A stretch of 64,000 nucleotides of DNA from Candidatus Caccovivens sp. (GTDB lineage Bacteria > Bacillota > Clostridia > Christensenellales > UBA1242): assembly GCA_045650745.1 (NCBI GenBank), contig JAZRRN010000049.1, positions 128,138 through 192,137 on the forward strand. Direction: 5' to 3'. Positions 1 through 15,000 of the stretch are shown one piece after another (position 1 is the first letter of the stretch; each line of letters begins with the position of its first letter). The notes under the pieces are model-generated. The model saw nothing but the letters and a program-made list of their open reading frames with translations. It had not been told where the DNA came from and did not search any database. The translations under genes and the position numbers were made by a program.

Positions 1-3000
1 CAACACAAACACTTTATGCAAGATGGACTGAACATACTTACACAATCACTTACACAAAAAATGCAACTGATGCACAAATTGATAAGACATCAGAAAACTT
101 TACAATTTCAACAAATATAACAATGGCGACAACAACTCGCACAGGTTATCAAATGAGTGGTTGGTTGGTTACTTCAAACGGTGGAAATTGGGGAACAGTC
201 AACTCTCAAAAATATTCAAACGGACAGTCAGGCATTAAGGGTATGTATGGAAATGTAACCCTCACTGCACAATGGACTGCAAACACTTATACAATTGCCT
301 TCAACGCAAACAGTGGCTCTGGCACAATGAATTCTGTTTCTGCAAGATATGATCAAACAGTAACATTGCCAGCAAACACATTTACTCGCACAGGTTATTC
401 GTTTACTGGTTGGGCAAAGAGTGCTGGTGGTGCAAAAGTTTACAACGACAGTGCACAAGTTTCAAACTTGTCTTCTTCAAACAATGCAACAGTGACACTT
501 TATGCTTGTTGGACAGCAAAAACTTATACTTTGGTGTTTGATTCAAATGGTGGAAGTGCAGTTGCTTCTGTTTCGGGCAAAGCATACGACACAACTTATG
601 GAACATTGCCTTCTCCAACAAGGGCAGGTTATGATTTCCAAGGTTGGTTTAACACTGAAACATCAAACAACGGATCTGGCACACTCGTAAGATCAGATTC
701 GAGATTTAACACAACAACTGCAACATTTGCAAATGTCGGCACTGCTGGCACAAATGCAACTGTTTATGCACAATGGAAAGAAAAGACCTTGGTTGTTTCA
801 TTCAACGGAAATGGTGGTACTGCTTCGTCAGCATCAAAATCTGTTGTTTACAATTCTGCTTATGGAGATCTTCCAACAGCAACAAGGACAGGTTATTCTT
901 TCAAGGGTTGGTATACAGCAGCGACAGCTGGCACAAACATCACAAAAGACAGCAAAGTGACAGCAACAACTGACCATACCCTTTATGCACAATGGACTGC
1001 ACTTAGATATCAAGTAAAACTTTCAAGTCAACTTACAAGTGGAAGCTTGGGAGATGGCTGGACAGAAAAAATTGTCTATGCAGAATATGACAGTGCAACA
1101 CTTTACGCAGCTGCAACAGGAAGTTCGGCAGCTGGCGAACAAAAACCTACAAGAAGAGGTTACACATTTGCTGGTTGGTTTACAGCAGCAGAAGGTGGAA
1201 TGATGATTGTCAAGGCAGACGCAACAAGCCTTGTTTCATCAGCTTCTGGATATGTAACATCAGGCAAGTGGTCAAGGACATCAACTGATGTTGTTACACT
1301 TTATTCACAATGGACTTCAAATTCTTATACAATCACTTACAACCTCAACGCTTCTGATGCAACATTTATAAACGCTGCAACATCAACACAAGTTTATTCG
1401 ACATCAGCAGGGGTTAAGTTGTATGGATATGGACAAGTGCGCAGAGCAGGTTACACATTCTCATGGAAACCTTCTTACACAGCAGGAAGCGAAGCTGCTT
1501 CTTGTCCAACTTGGGTAAACAACACATCGTTGGCTGTTGATGCTTCACTTACAGGAGTTTATGGAAATGTAACTCTTACAGCACAATGGACAGCAAAAAC
1601 AACAAACATCACACTCGTTTTGCACAATGATGGTGGACAAGGTCCAAGTTCTCACACAGCAACTTATGATCAAAAAGTTGCAACAATTCAAGCACCTGCA
1701 TCAAGACCAGCAACTGTGACAACAGTCGCATGGAGAGCAGGTTGGACATTCCAAGGTTACTACACAGGCACAGAAGGTTCTGGATCAAAACTTATCAACG
1801 CAGACGGCACTGTTGTTGCTGCAGCAGTTGATGGCTGGTTGAAAACTGGTGGAATCTGGGCTTGGGACGGAACTGTAGGAAGTTCGCAAAACTCAAACTC
1901 AGTCGACTTGCATGCCCACTGGACAAGAAATACATATACATTGAATTATACAATGGATATGGGTATATCTCTTGTAAAGATTACAGGATCTTTGAATGAT
2001 GGCGAAAAGACATCAAACGGATCTGTGACAGTGACATTTGGACAACAAGTTACAGTTGTTGCGACTGCATCAGTCGGATTTGACATTTCAAACTTTGCAG
2101 GTGGTTTGACACCTGGCCCTACAGCATCAATTGCCGGAACAGTTTCTGGAAAATCATCAACAATCACACTCACATTTGACGAAACTTTGCTTGGGGCAAC
2201 AAACAATGTTATTTCAAACAACACATATTACATTGCAGCAAAGAGTGTTCCACAACAAGTGGGTTATAGAGTGAGATATATCCTTCAAAACGCAAAAGGA
2301 GAATATGGCACTCCAAGCGAAGCAGGCACATTTACTGCGGCAGCTGGCTCAACTTTGACTTTGGACGATATCAAAGCTAAAGTTTCTGCAGCTTCAACAG
2401 CTGGATACACTTATGCAAGCAACAAATATTACACTCACAACAACGAATCGGCTGCCGGCTCAAACGCATCAACATTTATGGTCGAAGGCGATGGCACACT
2501 TATTGTTGTGTTGTATTACAGCTTCAACAGCTACACAATCACATTTGATGTTGGCGAAGGTCAAGCATTGTCTTCACCTCCAGCAGTTTACAACATTCAT
2601 GGTTATTTCAAGACAAGCGCAAGTGCAACATCTTGGACAGCAAACGGAATTTTGCCAACTCCAATTCGCACAGGATATGACTTCAAGGGTTGGAAAGCAA
2701 ATTCTGTAGGAAACTGGGGAACTTCAGTTTACAATGGTGGAACTTCTCTTACTGGAAAGTATGGAAATGTTACACTTTCAGCAGAATGGAGTGCCCATGT
2801 TTATACAATCACACTCAACAACAATGACACATTGTCATACATTTATGAAAAATATGCTACAGGTTGGTATAGCAATTCAAACGCTACATCTTCAATTTCA
2901 AACATTGCAATCCCAACAAGAGCAGGTTACACATTTGAGGGTTACTTCATACAAAAAGCTGGAGCAGGCGCTCAAATTATTGGATCCAATGGTGGAATCC

Positions 3001-6000
3001 TTGCATCAAACACAACATTTACAGCAGATGCAACAATCTTTGCACACTGGACACCAAAAGTGTTTACAGTGACATTTGATGGAAATGTGGTAGATAACAG
3101 CATTTCAATCACACCTGGATCAAAAGAGATTACATTTGCTGCCGTTTATGGCACACTTGCAACTGCAACAAGAACCGGCTACACACTTGAAGGTTGGTAT
3201 AAAGAAGCGGCTTGCAAAAACAAGGTGACTGCTTCAACAGTTGTTGACACAGCAGACAATCACTTCTTGTTTGCAAAATGGACACCAAACAAATATCTCG
3301 TAAAACTTAATGGAAATGGTGGAACTGTCGGCACACTTTCAAACATCACAGGCATGACAGGCACAGCAAGTCCATTGACTGCAACTTACGACACAACAGG
3401 AAACTTTACTGCTGTGATGACAAGAGCAGGTTACACATTTACTGGTTGGTCAGTTGACCCAATTGGTGACAACACAACCGGCATCACACAAGGCGCAATC
3501 ACAGGTCAAGGTGGAACATTTACTGTTACAAACACAAAGATCCTCAATCTTGTGCCAAGTGGCGAAGCAAATCTTTATGCACAATGGAGTGCTGACTATG
3601 TTGAAATTTCACTCGATCTCAACGCAGACACAGGCTCTACAGTGCCAACAATTTTGCACACAAAGATTTATGCAAAAACAGGTTCTGCTTACAGCGAAGC
3701 TGTGACAGACAAAAACAATCCAAACACAACAAAAGTTGGTTTGATTTCTCCAGACAGATCAGGTTATACATTTGCTGGTTGGTTTGAAGGAAAAACTACA
3801 GGAAGTCAAGTGTTGCCAGTGACTTTGGTTGAAGGAACTTATTCAAGTGGCGCATACAGAAAAACATTGTATGCTCGCTGGACAGCAAACACTTATTCAA
3901 TCACATATGCCAAAAATGATGGCACAGGTGCAACTTATGTTGACACAGTGAGAGCAACATTTGATCAAGACTACACAATCTTGGCAGAAACAAATGCCAA
4001 ATTTGACTTCTTTGTCACAGGACACACATTTGTAAATTGGGCTACATCACCTCAAGGTGGCACAACTTACGCACCAGGTGTGTTTACTTACACAGTGCCA
4101 AACAACTTGACATTGTATGCAATCAGAAATGTAAACTCATACACACTCTACTATGAGGCAAATGATGCAAGATATCAAGGCACAGCCGAACTTTTGGCAG
4201 GCAAGACAGACAGCGAAGTTTATTTGTATACTGCATCTGTTGACATCAGTGCAAGATATAAGAGAATTGGTTACAACTTTGTATCTTGGAACACTCAAGC
4301 TGATGGCACAGGCACAACACTTACAAATGCAAACAACAAAGGTTTGGAAGCGACAAATGGTGGAATCTTTAGAGTTTACGCTATTTGGGAGCCAGGCGAT
4401 GTTGATGTGACTGTTCACCACATGACACAAACAGTTGGTGCAGCAATTGCAGGCGATGTTGCTTTCTCGATTGCAGACCAAACAAACTACATCGAAAACT
4501 CTGCAGAAGTTAAGAAAGAAAAAACTGGACTTACACTCACTCCAGAAAATCTTGCAACTTACTTCAAGACAATTGATGGATTTACAAAAACAAGCACAAC
4601 AGTTTCAAACACAAACGCATACCTTGTTTTGTATGACGGAAGCCTTGAAATCTATTTGCTTTACACAAGAAACACAAGCTCAATGCAAGTGCAAATTGGC
4701 ACAGGTATCAGCTCTGTTGCTGCAACAGGTGATGCAGGCAGAACACTTTCTTCAACAACATCAAATGGTGTTTCAACATTTGAAAACATCTTCTTTGGCG
4801 AAAGTGTGACTGTTTCTGCAGTGCTTAGAGCAGGATATCACACTCCAGTTTTCACAGTTGTTGAAAACTCAATCCCTGCTTTTGCAAACAACACATATTT
4901 GATGCCAAGCACAACAGCAAAACTTGCAGTTGCTGCAACACCAGGAAAAGTTCCTTACAAGATTGAAATCTATTTGATGACAACAGCGGGGGCTTATCTT
5001 GGATCAGCAAGCGAAGTGTTGACAGAAGGTTTGAGCGCAACAGTTGATACAGAATTGGAAATCAATTCGACAGTATATTCAAAAACTGGATTCACTTATG
5101 ATTCAACTCAAGCAAACGAGTTGAAGAAGATGGTGGCTGGTGATGGCTCAACAACATTCAAATTGTATTATTCTAGAAATAAATATACATTTGTTCTTAC
5201 AGCATCATTCAACAATGTTGATGCAACTTCAATTGCTCCAAACACAATCAAAGTAAACGGAACAGTTGTAAGTGCAGCATACAGCAAAGAATATTATTTT
5301 GAAGAACAAGTTGTTCTTTCAGATTTGGTTACATTCTCAGGTTACGAATATGTTGGTTTTGACTTTGCAGGACAACACACAGCAGAAAACGCTTTGACAA
5401 GCAAGACATTTACAATGCTTTCAAAACAAACTGATGTCAAGTTGTATTTCAAGAGCAAAGAATACACAATTTCATATTCTATGAATGGTGGTGTAAACGA
5501 CTCTACAAACCCACAAAAATATGCAACTCAACTTACTGATCAAATTTTCAATTTGGTCAACCCAACGAGAGCAGGTTACAGTTTTGCTGGTTGGACAGAA
5601 ACATTTGCTTCTGCCACAATCGCAGGCCCAAAACTTACAATTTCTGCAAATGCTTACGGTGACTTCACACTCACAGCGACATGGACTCCAATCACATACA
5701 CCATTTCTTACAACACAAATGGTGGCACACTCGCAGCAGGGGCTCCTGTTTCTTACAACATCGAAAGCACGACAACTTTGCCAACAATCACAAAGGTTGG
5801 ACAATCATTTATGGGTTGGAAAGCAACAACAGTTGCTGGCAACTGGGAATTGGACAAAGTTTATGCAAACGGATATTTGCTTACTGGCATGTATGGAAAT
5901 GTTGTCCTTACAGCAGTATGGCAACCAAATGTTTATGAAATTGTGTTTGACGGAAACCAAGGCGATGGCACAACAACTGTTGAATGCTTGCCTCCAAAGG

Positions 6001-9000
6001 CATATATTGCATATGGTTCAACTCAATTCTATACAGGTTGGACACAATCAACTTATCCAAACAATGTTTCTGGCTCAGTAGTTTCACCTATTGCAAAGAG
6101 AAACGGTTATACATTTAAAGGTTGGTACACTTCATCAACTGGTGGCACACAAGTTATCACAAACTTGGGTGCACTCAATGCAGGGGTTTCTGGCATCACA
6201 AGTGCTGCCGGAAATTGGTCTGCTGCAGAAGGAAAAACATTCTATGCACAATGGACAGCAAACAGCATTGAAGTTGCATTTGATGCAAATGTTACAACAA
6301 GTTATCCAACAGACAACTACAATGTTACACCTACAACAAAGACTGTGACATTCAACAACTTCTATGGTGCTTTGGCGACAGCAACTCGCACGGGTTACAC
6401 ATTTGCTGGTTGGTATTCTGATTCAGCTTGCAAAAACCAAGTTGCAGAAAACACACAAGTTGTAAATCACGAAGCGCACACATTGTATGCTAAGTGGACT
6501 GCAAACACACAAACAATTGTTTATACAACAACAAATGTTACTGTTGGTGCATCAAGTCCAACAAGTGTTAAGTCACACGAAGCAAACATCAATGCAACAT
6601 TCACATCAAACACTGGTTATTCAATGCCAGAAAATGTTCAAGTGAAAGTTGGTGGCGTTTTGCTTACTGATGGATACACTTACACAAGAGGCGCTGATTA
6701 CAATTCAGCAACACTTGTTATCGAAAAAGAATATATCAACGCTTCTGTTGAAGTTGTTGTCCCTGGTGTGCCAGGCATCAACGATGTTACATTCAATGTG
6801 ACAAATGTTACTGCTGCTGGCGATGCTACAGCAACCAGTGGTGTTACATACACTGCAACTCTTCACAGAGCGTATGGTTATCATTTGCCAACGACAATTT
6901 CGGTTACTGTCCTTGGCGAAGTAAAAGTTGCCGGCACAGATTATTCTTACACAATCTCTGCTGACCAACAAACAGCAACAATAATTATTGTTGGCTCAAA
7001 AATCATCGGACCAGTCGTTATTACAGCGGCAGGTATCGCAAAAGATGTTGTTGTTACTTTCAATCCAAACCTTGGCACAGTAAGTCCAACAACAATGACA
7101 ACAAAATTCAACGAAAATTATCCTACACTTCCTGTCCCTGTAAGAAGAGGTTACACATTTGGTGGTTGGTATACTCAAGCTTATGCTGTTGATGCAACAC
7201 CAACAACTGAAGCTGTGACTTCAAGCACAAAAGTGACAAACGAAGAAGCACACACACTCTATGCTTACTGGATTTCAAAAACTGTTTCAGTAAGAGTGCA
7301 AAACTTGTCTGGCACTTCTGCAGAAGGAAATGTTATGGGCACAAGCACTTGGACATTCACACAATCATTCAAGACTGGTGAAATCGTTCAATTTGCTCAC
7401 GATGCAAAACTTGATGCTTACGGAACCCCATTGTATTCATTTGCTAAATATGTCAAAGGCACAACTTGGTCAGGAGACACACTCACTTCTTACACAATCA
7501 CTGCTGATGACACAGAAGCAGGCGTTCAACTTGAATTTAGAGTTTGCTATGCAATCCAAATCAATTTGTATGCAGTCACAAATGGCGTTGCGCTTGATGC
7601 GTCTGGTGGTAGCGTAAAAACTCACGAAGGTGGCGAAGTAGGTGCAACAAGCACAAACTCTTGGGCGTACGGCGAAGTTATGTCATTCACTCCAGAAGCA
7701 ATCGCAGAACCTGGCTATACATTTGAAGGTTGGTATGCAAATCAAGAATGTACAGGTGATGTGGTTTCAACTCTTGCCAAACCAACACTCCAATTTGGCA
7801 CAAGTGGACACTTGGCATACTATGCAAAATTTGTTTCAACACCATACACAATCACTTATGTGCTCAATGGTGGCGAATTTGCTCCAGGATTTACACCTGT
7901 CGAAATTTATAATGTAATCACAAAGGTTACACTTCCAGTCGAAGCAAATGTTGTCAGAACAGGTTACACATTTGTTGCGTGGAAAGAAAACGAAAACTTG
8001 AGTGGAACTGCTGTTACAGAAATCCCACTTGGCACAATCGGAAACAAAACTTTCTATGCTGAGTACACTCCAAATTCTTACACAATTTCGCTCGATCAAA
8101 ACAGTGCGACAACTGATGGAACATTAAGTGTTGTTGCTGTTTACGAACAAACAAAATCATTTGCAATCACAGCACCACAAAAAGTTGGTTATGCATTTGA
8201 TGGTTGGTCAATCACCCGTGACGGAAAAGATATCCTTATCGATGATCAAGGAAATCTCGTTGCAAGCATGACTGGCTATACAACAAGTGATGGCAGATGG
8301 CAAAGAGCAGAATCTATCCAACTCTATGCAGTTTGGGCAGTAAACTCTTATGCAATTCAATTTACTTTGGACAGTTCGACAAGAATTGCTCAAATCACAA
8401 TCAATGATCAAGTTTACACAGAAAGTGGATCTGCATTGATTGTTTATGGCACAAGGGCAGAAATTTCTATCGTGCCAAGTGTTGGCTATGTTATTCAATC
8501 TGTAAAGGGTGGCACAAACCCTTCAGCACTTGAAAATGTCGGCACAATCGCACTTGATAGAACTGCATTCTCATACACAATCGAAAAATTCAACTATGTT
8601 GCAGCCGTAAACAAAGGCGTTGCATATTATCTTGATGTGCAAAGCAGAGATATGAAATATACAATTTCATTCAATGCAAATGGTGGCGTTGGCACAATGG
8701 AAAACCTTGATATGGAATACCATGTTGACAAGGCGCTTCCAACAACAAGTTTTGTGCGCACAGGTTACACATTTGCAGGTTGGGCAACATCATCAACTGG
8801 CGAAGTAATTTTGGCAGATGGTGCAACTGTTACCGAATCTTTGGCTACAACAGAAGGTCAAGAAGTTACACTTTATGCAATTTGGTCAGAACACTCTTAT
8901 ACATTGACATTTATGGGAGTGCATAATGCATTTGATGTGAAAGTTGCTGCGGCTGATGGAAATGTTTATAAAACAGTTTCAATCACAAGTGAAGCAAATT

Positions 9001-12000
9001 CAATCGAAGGCATCAAATATAGCGACATTGTTGTTGCTGGCGCAAGTGGTGTAGGCTTTACACCTGCAGGATTGCAACTTGGCTCTGACATCAAGGGATC
9101 TGATCCATCAAGAGTAGGTTATACTTGGGGTATCCAAAGTGGTGCAACAAGACATTTGTATGCAATCACAACAGACTCTTCAAGCGTTTACTTGGGTGGC
9201 AAGTCATTCAGCAATCACTGGACATCAAGTGCTGTGACAACAGGACAACGCACAGAAGGTTATGCTTTTGCACAACTTACATCAACAAAAAATGGTTCTG
9301 TAAGAATTGAAGTTCTTTGGACAGCAAATCCTTACACAATCACATTGGATCAAAACACAGCAACCACAGAAGGAACAAAAACTGTTGTTGCAACTTATGA
9401 CAGTGCTTCTTTGAATGTGCCAATCAGCAACCCAACCAAGACAGGTTACACCTTTAGAGGTTGGACATCTTTGAGAGATGGCGAAATTGTTGTGATTGAC
9501 ACAGCAGGACATTTAGTAGAAAATGTCGAAGGCTTTACAGGTGCAAACGGAATTTGGAAGAAAGCCGAAAATGCAACTTTGTTTGCAAAGTGGACTCCAA
9601 ATGAATATGTTGTGACCTTCGAGCCAAACGGTGGCACAGTTGACATCGCAACAAAGACAGTTGTGTTTGATGCTGCTTATGGCACACTCGCAGTTGCTCA
9701 AAGAATTGGTTACACATTTGACAATTGGTATTTCGAACCTGCATTTACAACAACTTTGACAGAAGAAACAATTGTAAAAACTCCTGCAAACCACACTGTT
9801 TATGCAAAATGGATACCAAATCCAGACACACCTTACACAATCTATCACTATAAAGAATCAATCGGAGTTGAAAACCCATCAACTTCAAACCCAGCTCATT
9901 GGGACGATCCTGAAGTAGAAGTTTTGAAAGGTGTTACTGACACAATGGTTACACCTGCCGTTAAAAATTATATTGGTTTTGTTGCTCCTGCAACTCAAAC
10001 AATTTTGATTAAGCCAGACGGCACAGGTGAAGTTCATTATTATTACACTAGACTTCAATATCAACTCACACTCAAAGCAAAATTTGATGGCGAAGTTAAT
10101 CCAACTCTTGACATCAACAAGGTTGACTTGACGATTGCAGGAGTTGCAAACTCACAAATTTCTGCATATCAATCAAACATTGATTACGGTTCAGAAATCG
10201 TAGTTTCAAATATGGATCTCTATCCAGGTTATACTTACGAAGGTTTTGTTGTTGAAAGATTTGTAAGTTCTGCTTGGGTGACAGATGCAGAAGCAAATAT
10301 TGATTCTTATTTGATGACAGAATTTGACACAACAATTTATTTGTTGTTTGAAGGAAGAGATTTTGTGATCGAATTGGATTTCGTTGAAGGCACAAGCATT
10401 CAACAACCAACAATCGAATATAGCACAAAGATCTCAAATCAAGTGTTTGCTTTGGCTCCAGTCGTAAGACCGGGCTACACATTTGTAGAATGGGCTTTCG
10501 CTTGGAAAGATGCCACAGATCACAGCACACAAACTCCAGCAGTTGCAACAGGAAATATCGAACTTGCTGCAAATGTATATGGAGACATCACACTCACAGC
10601 TGTATGGCAACCAAACACTTACACAATCACATACTATCCAAACAGTGGAACAGGAAACGAAGTTACGGATTCTGTTGTGTTTGACTCGAAATATACAGTT
10701 AGACCAGCAAACCTTTACTACAAGACAGGTTACACATTTGTTGGATGGAACACTCTTGCAAACGGTTCTGGCAATGGCTGGACTGCAGGAGAAGAAATCA
10801 CTTGGCAAGTGGTTGGAAATGTTGATCTTTATGCACAATGGGAAACAATTGTTTATTCAATCAAATTCCATGGCACTGGCGAAAACGTCAGAGGATCTAT
10901 GGAAGACATGACATTGGATTATGATGTTGCATACAACTTGACAACAAATGCTTTCACTCGAGCAGGTTATATCTACAAAGGTTGGGCAACAGAAGAAGAT
11001 GGCGAACTTGTTTATGAAGATGGACAACAAGTTTTCAACTTGACTATCGTTCCAAACGATGTTATCCACTTGTACACAGTTTGGGAAGCAAGAACTGACA
11101 CTCCATACATCACAAAAGTTTATTTGATGGACAAAGACGGAAACTATTCTGCAAGTCCAACATCAGTTATCACAAAGCAAGGTGTAACTGACACTGTGAT
11201 CAACTTCACAACAACAGGAACTTCTGTGACAATGGATGCAGTGAGAAAGCGTCTCGAAACAGGAGAAGAAACTCATGAAACTTCGGTTTACGAATATGTT
11301 GGTTTCTCTTATGACGAAGCAAAAACTGGCATCACAAGTGACACAAATGACATCACAATCAAGATCACTTTGATCAATGATGGTGATGGCGAAATTGAAG
11401 AATTTAGAGAAATTTCTCTCTACTTCGCAAGAAATAAATATACCTTGACCGTAAATCCAAATGGTGGAACTTACAACGAAACTGGCGCAGAAACTGTTTA
11501 CAATCAATATTATCAAACAACAGTTGAAATCGCCGACCCTGTAAGAATTGGCCACACATTTGACGGTTGGGAAAGAAGTGCAAACTTCCATGGTGTGTTT
11601 GAAAACGGCGTTTACACATTCAATGCCGGAGATGACACATTGACAGCAAAATGGATTGTAAACAGATATAAGGTTGTGCTCAACATCAATGATGCAACAT
11701 TCTCAAACGGAACAACATCTGTTGAAAATGTAAACAACATTGCAAATGCAAGCCTTGTAAACGGAACAATCACTTTGTATATTGATTACGGCACAAAATA
11801 TCAAACTCTTTATACTGAAGAGAAGGGTAACACAACCGTAAATTATGCAGACTTTACAAGCGTAAATGTTTCAAGACTTGGTTACACATTTGTTGGATTC
11901 TATGACAGAAACATTGCTTTGGGTGGCACTGTTGATGGTGCAACTCAAATCACAACAGAAACGCTGTTTGAATATACAGGCAACGATACTGTTTTGTATG

Positions 12001-15000
12001 CATTCTGGACAAGAAACCAAGACACTCCATATGTTGTAAATCATTATCAAGAAAAGAAGCATATTGACAACGCTGACATTTCAAATTCTACACATTGGGA
12101 TTTGGTAAAAGAAGAAAACTTGACTGGAGAAACAGATTCTACAAAAACTCCAGCAGTTGAAACATACAAAGGCTTTACTTCTCCAACAGCACAAACAATT
12201 GTGATTGATGCGAGAGGAACAACCGTTGTAAACTATTTCTACACAAGAAATCAATATTATGTTGACATTAGCGGTAGTTTTGCTTTTGATGGAACAGAAA
12301 CAATCGTCGAAGGACTCAACACATCTGTCGTTGATGTTTTGGCTGACACAAGCTTGCTTGCAGGAGCTTCTGATTTCAACAAACTTGTTGACTTTGGAAC
12401 TCGCATCACACTCTCAAACTTGCAAGTTGGTGGAGGTTGGACATTCAAGGGTATTGTGTGGAACTACACAGCTGTTGAAGACAGCGAAACAGCAGTTGAA
12501 GGAAATGTAAATCCACTTCTTGACATTGTTGTTGAAGAAGAATCACAACTTGAAATTGTGTTGAAGTTTGAAGGTAATGTTTATGCAATTGATTATGATC
12601 TTGATCATGGCACTGCAGAAAACGAAACTCAATATCAAACATCACTCAATGACCGTTCGATCACTGTAAACACACCAGTGCGCACAGGTTGGACATTTAT
12701 GGGTTGGAGACATGTTTGGAAAGGCGACGATGAACACTCATCAAATCTCCCTACACTCACACAAGTCAACGACTCTTCAGTGCTTGCAATTTTGGCAAAC
12801 ACTTATGGTTCGATTGCAATTACTGCAACATGGAAAGCAAACGAATATACAATCACACTCAATCAAAACAGTGCCGATGTCGAAGGCACAACAAGTGTTG
12901 TTGCAACTTATGACAGCAACACATTGAGCAAGGCAATCTCAAACCCAAGACGCACAGGATACACATTCCTTGGTTGGGCTAAGACTCAAAACGGAAACGA
13001 TTTGATCATTGATGTTGCCGGCAAATTGATTGCAAACACAGACTACACTGGCGAAAATGGCATTTGGCAACATGTCGGCGATGTAGAATTGTTTGCAGAA
13101 TGGAAAGTTCACAAATATACAATCAAGTTCCACGCAAACACTGGCGCAGGAACTATGGCTGATCTTCAAATGACATACAACACTGCACAAACACTCACAC
13201 CAAACGGATTCACAAAACTCGGTTATGATTTCACTGGTTGGGCAACAAGTGCAAGTGGAAATGTTGTTTACACAGATCAACAAGAAGTCATAAATCTTAC
13301 TGCAGTAGATGGTGATGTGCTCAACTTCTATGCAGTTTGGGTTGCAAGAAATGATATTGAATACAGCATCGAAATTTATCAAATGGACACTGCTGGCAAT
13401 TATCCAGAAACTGTCGAACCTATTGTAAGAAATGACGGAACTACTGACACAAATCTTAGAATCGAACAAATCACCGAAGGTGCAAAAACAACAGCAATCT
13501 CAATCAACGAGGTTACTTACTCTTTCGCCGGCTTTGTTGTAGACACTGATCTCTCAACTTTGGGAAATATCAATGTCAATGCTGACGGAAGTGCAATCGT
13601 GAAACTCTACTTTATCAGAAATACATACACACTCACAATCCGTGTACAAGCAGGAACAACTGTAAAAGTTAAAGAATCTGCTGTAGTTGATGGAACACAA
13701 CTTACTATGTATTTTGAAGAAGAGTTTACGCTTGAAACAATCCTTTGGGAAGGTTACACATGGGAAGGATATTCTGCGACAGGCACACCACTTCTCAAAC
13801 TTGTGGCAGATGCTATGGGTGCTCAAACAGCACAAATGGGCATGGGCGATGCAGAAATCACATCTCAAGCGACAATTGATTCTTACAAATTGACAATCAA
13901 ACCAAATGGTGGTGTATACGAAGGTAGTACAACTGACATTGTGATCGAACAAACTTATGGCTCGACATACACAGTTGCAAATCCAACAAGAGTTGGTTAC
14001 ACATTCATGGGTTGGGTTGTTGACCCTGAAGCAAACTCAAACAGACTTGATGCAGGGGTTTATACTTTCGGTGTTGGTGTAAACACAACAGGAGTTGGCG
14101 ATGACACTATCACAGCTCAATGGAAAGTAAACAGATATAAAGTTGTTCTTGATCTCAACGACAGCAAAGCTGGAAACGGAACAACAAGAGCAGTCACAAC
14201 AATCGGCACAGAAGTCGGTGGACTTGTTGAAATGTATGTGACCTATGACACAAACTATGATGCAATGTATTTGCAAGAAGAAGGTGGCGAACCTATCGCT
14301 GTTGAAGACTTTACTGACACAGTTATCACAAGAAATGGTTACAGATTTGTTGGCTTCTACACAGAAAGAAACTTGCTTGCAGCAAATGACAACAAGGGCA
14401 CACAAATCACAAATTCAACACACTTCTTGACTGCAAATGATGACACAATAATCTATGCTAAGTGGGAATACAAACTTGTAAACTACACAGTAGAACACTA
14501 TCAAGCAAACATTGGCGTTTATAGTGACCTTGACACAACAAACAGCACTCTTGCAAAAGACGAACACGGAAATGATCTTGTTGAAGTCTTCCAAGCATAC
14601 ACAGACAGCACACAAACACCAGCAGTAAAAACATTTGAAGGATTTACTTCTCCAAACGCTCAATCTGTTGTTGTTGATGCAAACGGTGTGACACTTGTAA
14701 GATACTTCTACGCAAGAAATTCTTACATCTTCGTATTGCTTGCAGGAAACGGTGTTGCTTCTGTTGGTGCAAGTGGAACTGGTGTAAAACTTGACGCAAC
14801 AAGCACAGAAGTTGCAAGAAGATATGATGTTCAATATGATGCAGAAGTTTCTTTGACTGCAACAAACAAAACAGGTTACACATTGACAGGTTGGGATACA
14901 GCTTCTGGAATCTCAATTGTTGATGACAAATTTGCAATGCCTGCAAAACTTGTAAATGTTACTGCAACAGCACAACCAAACAGATACAAAGTTGTGTTTG

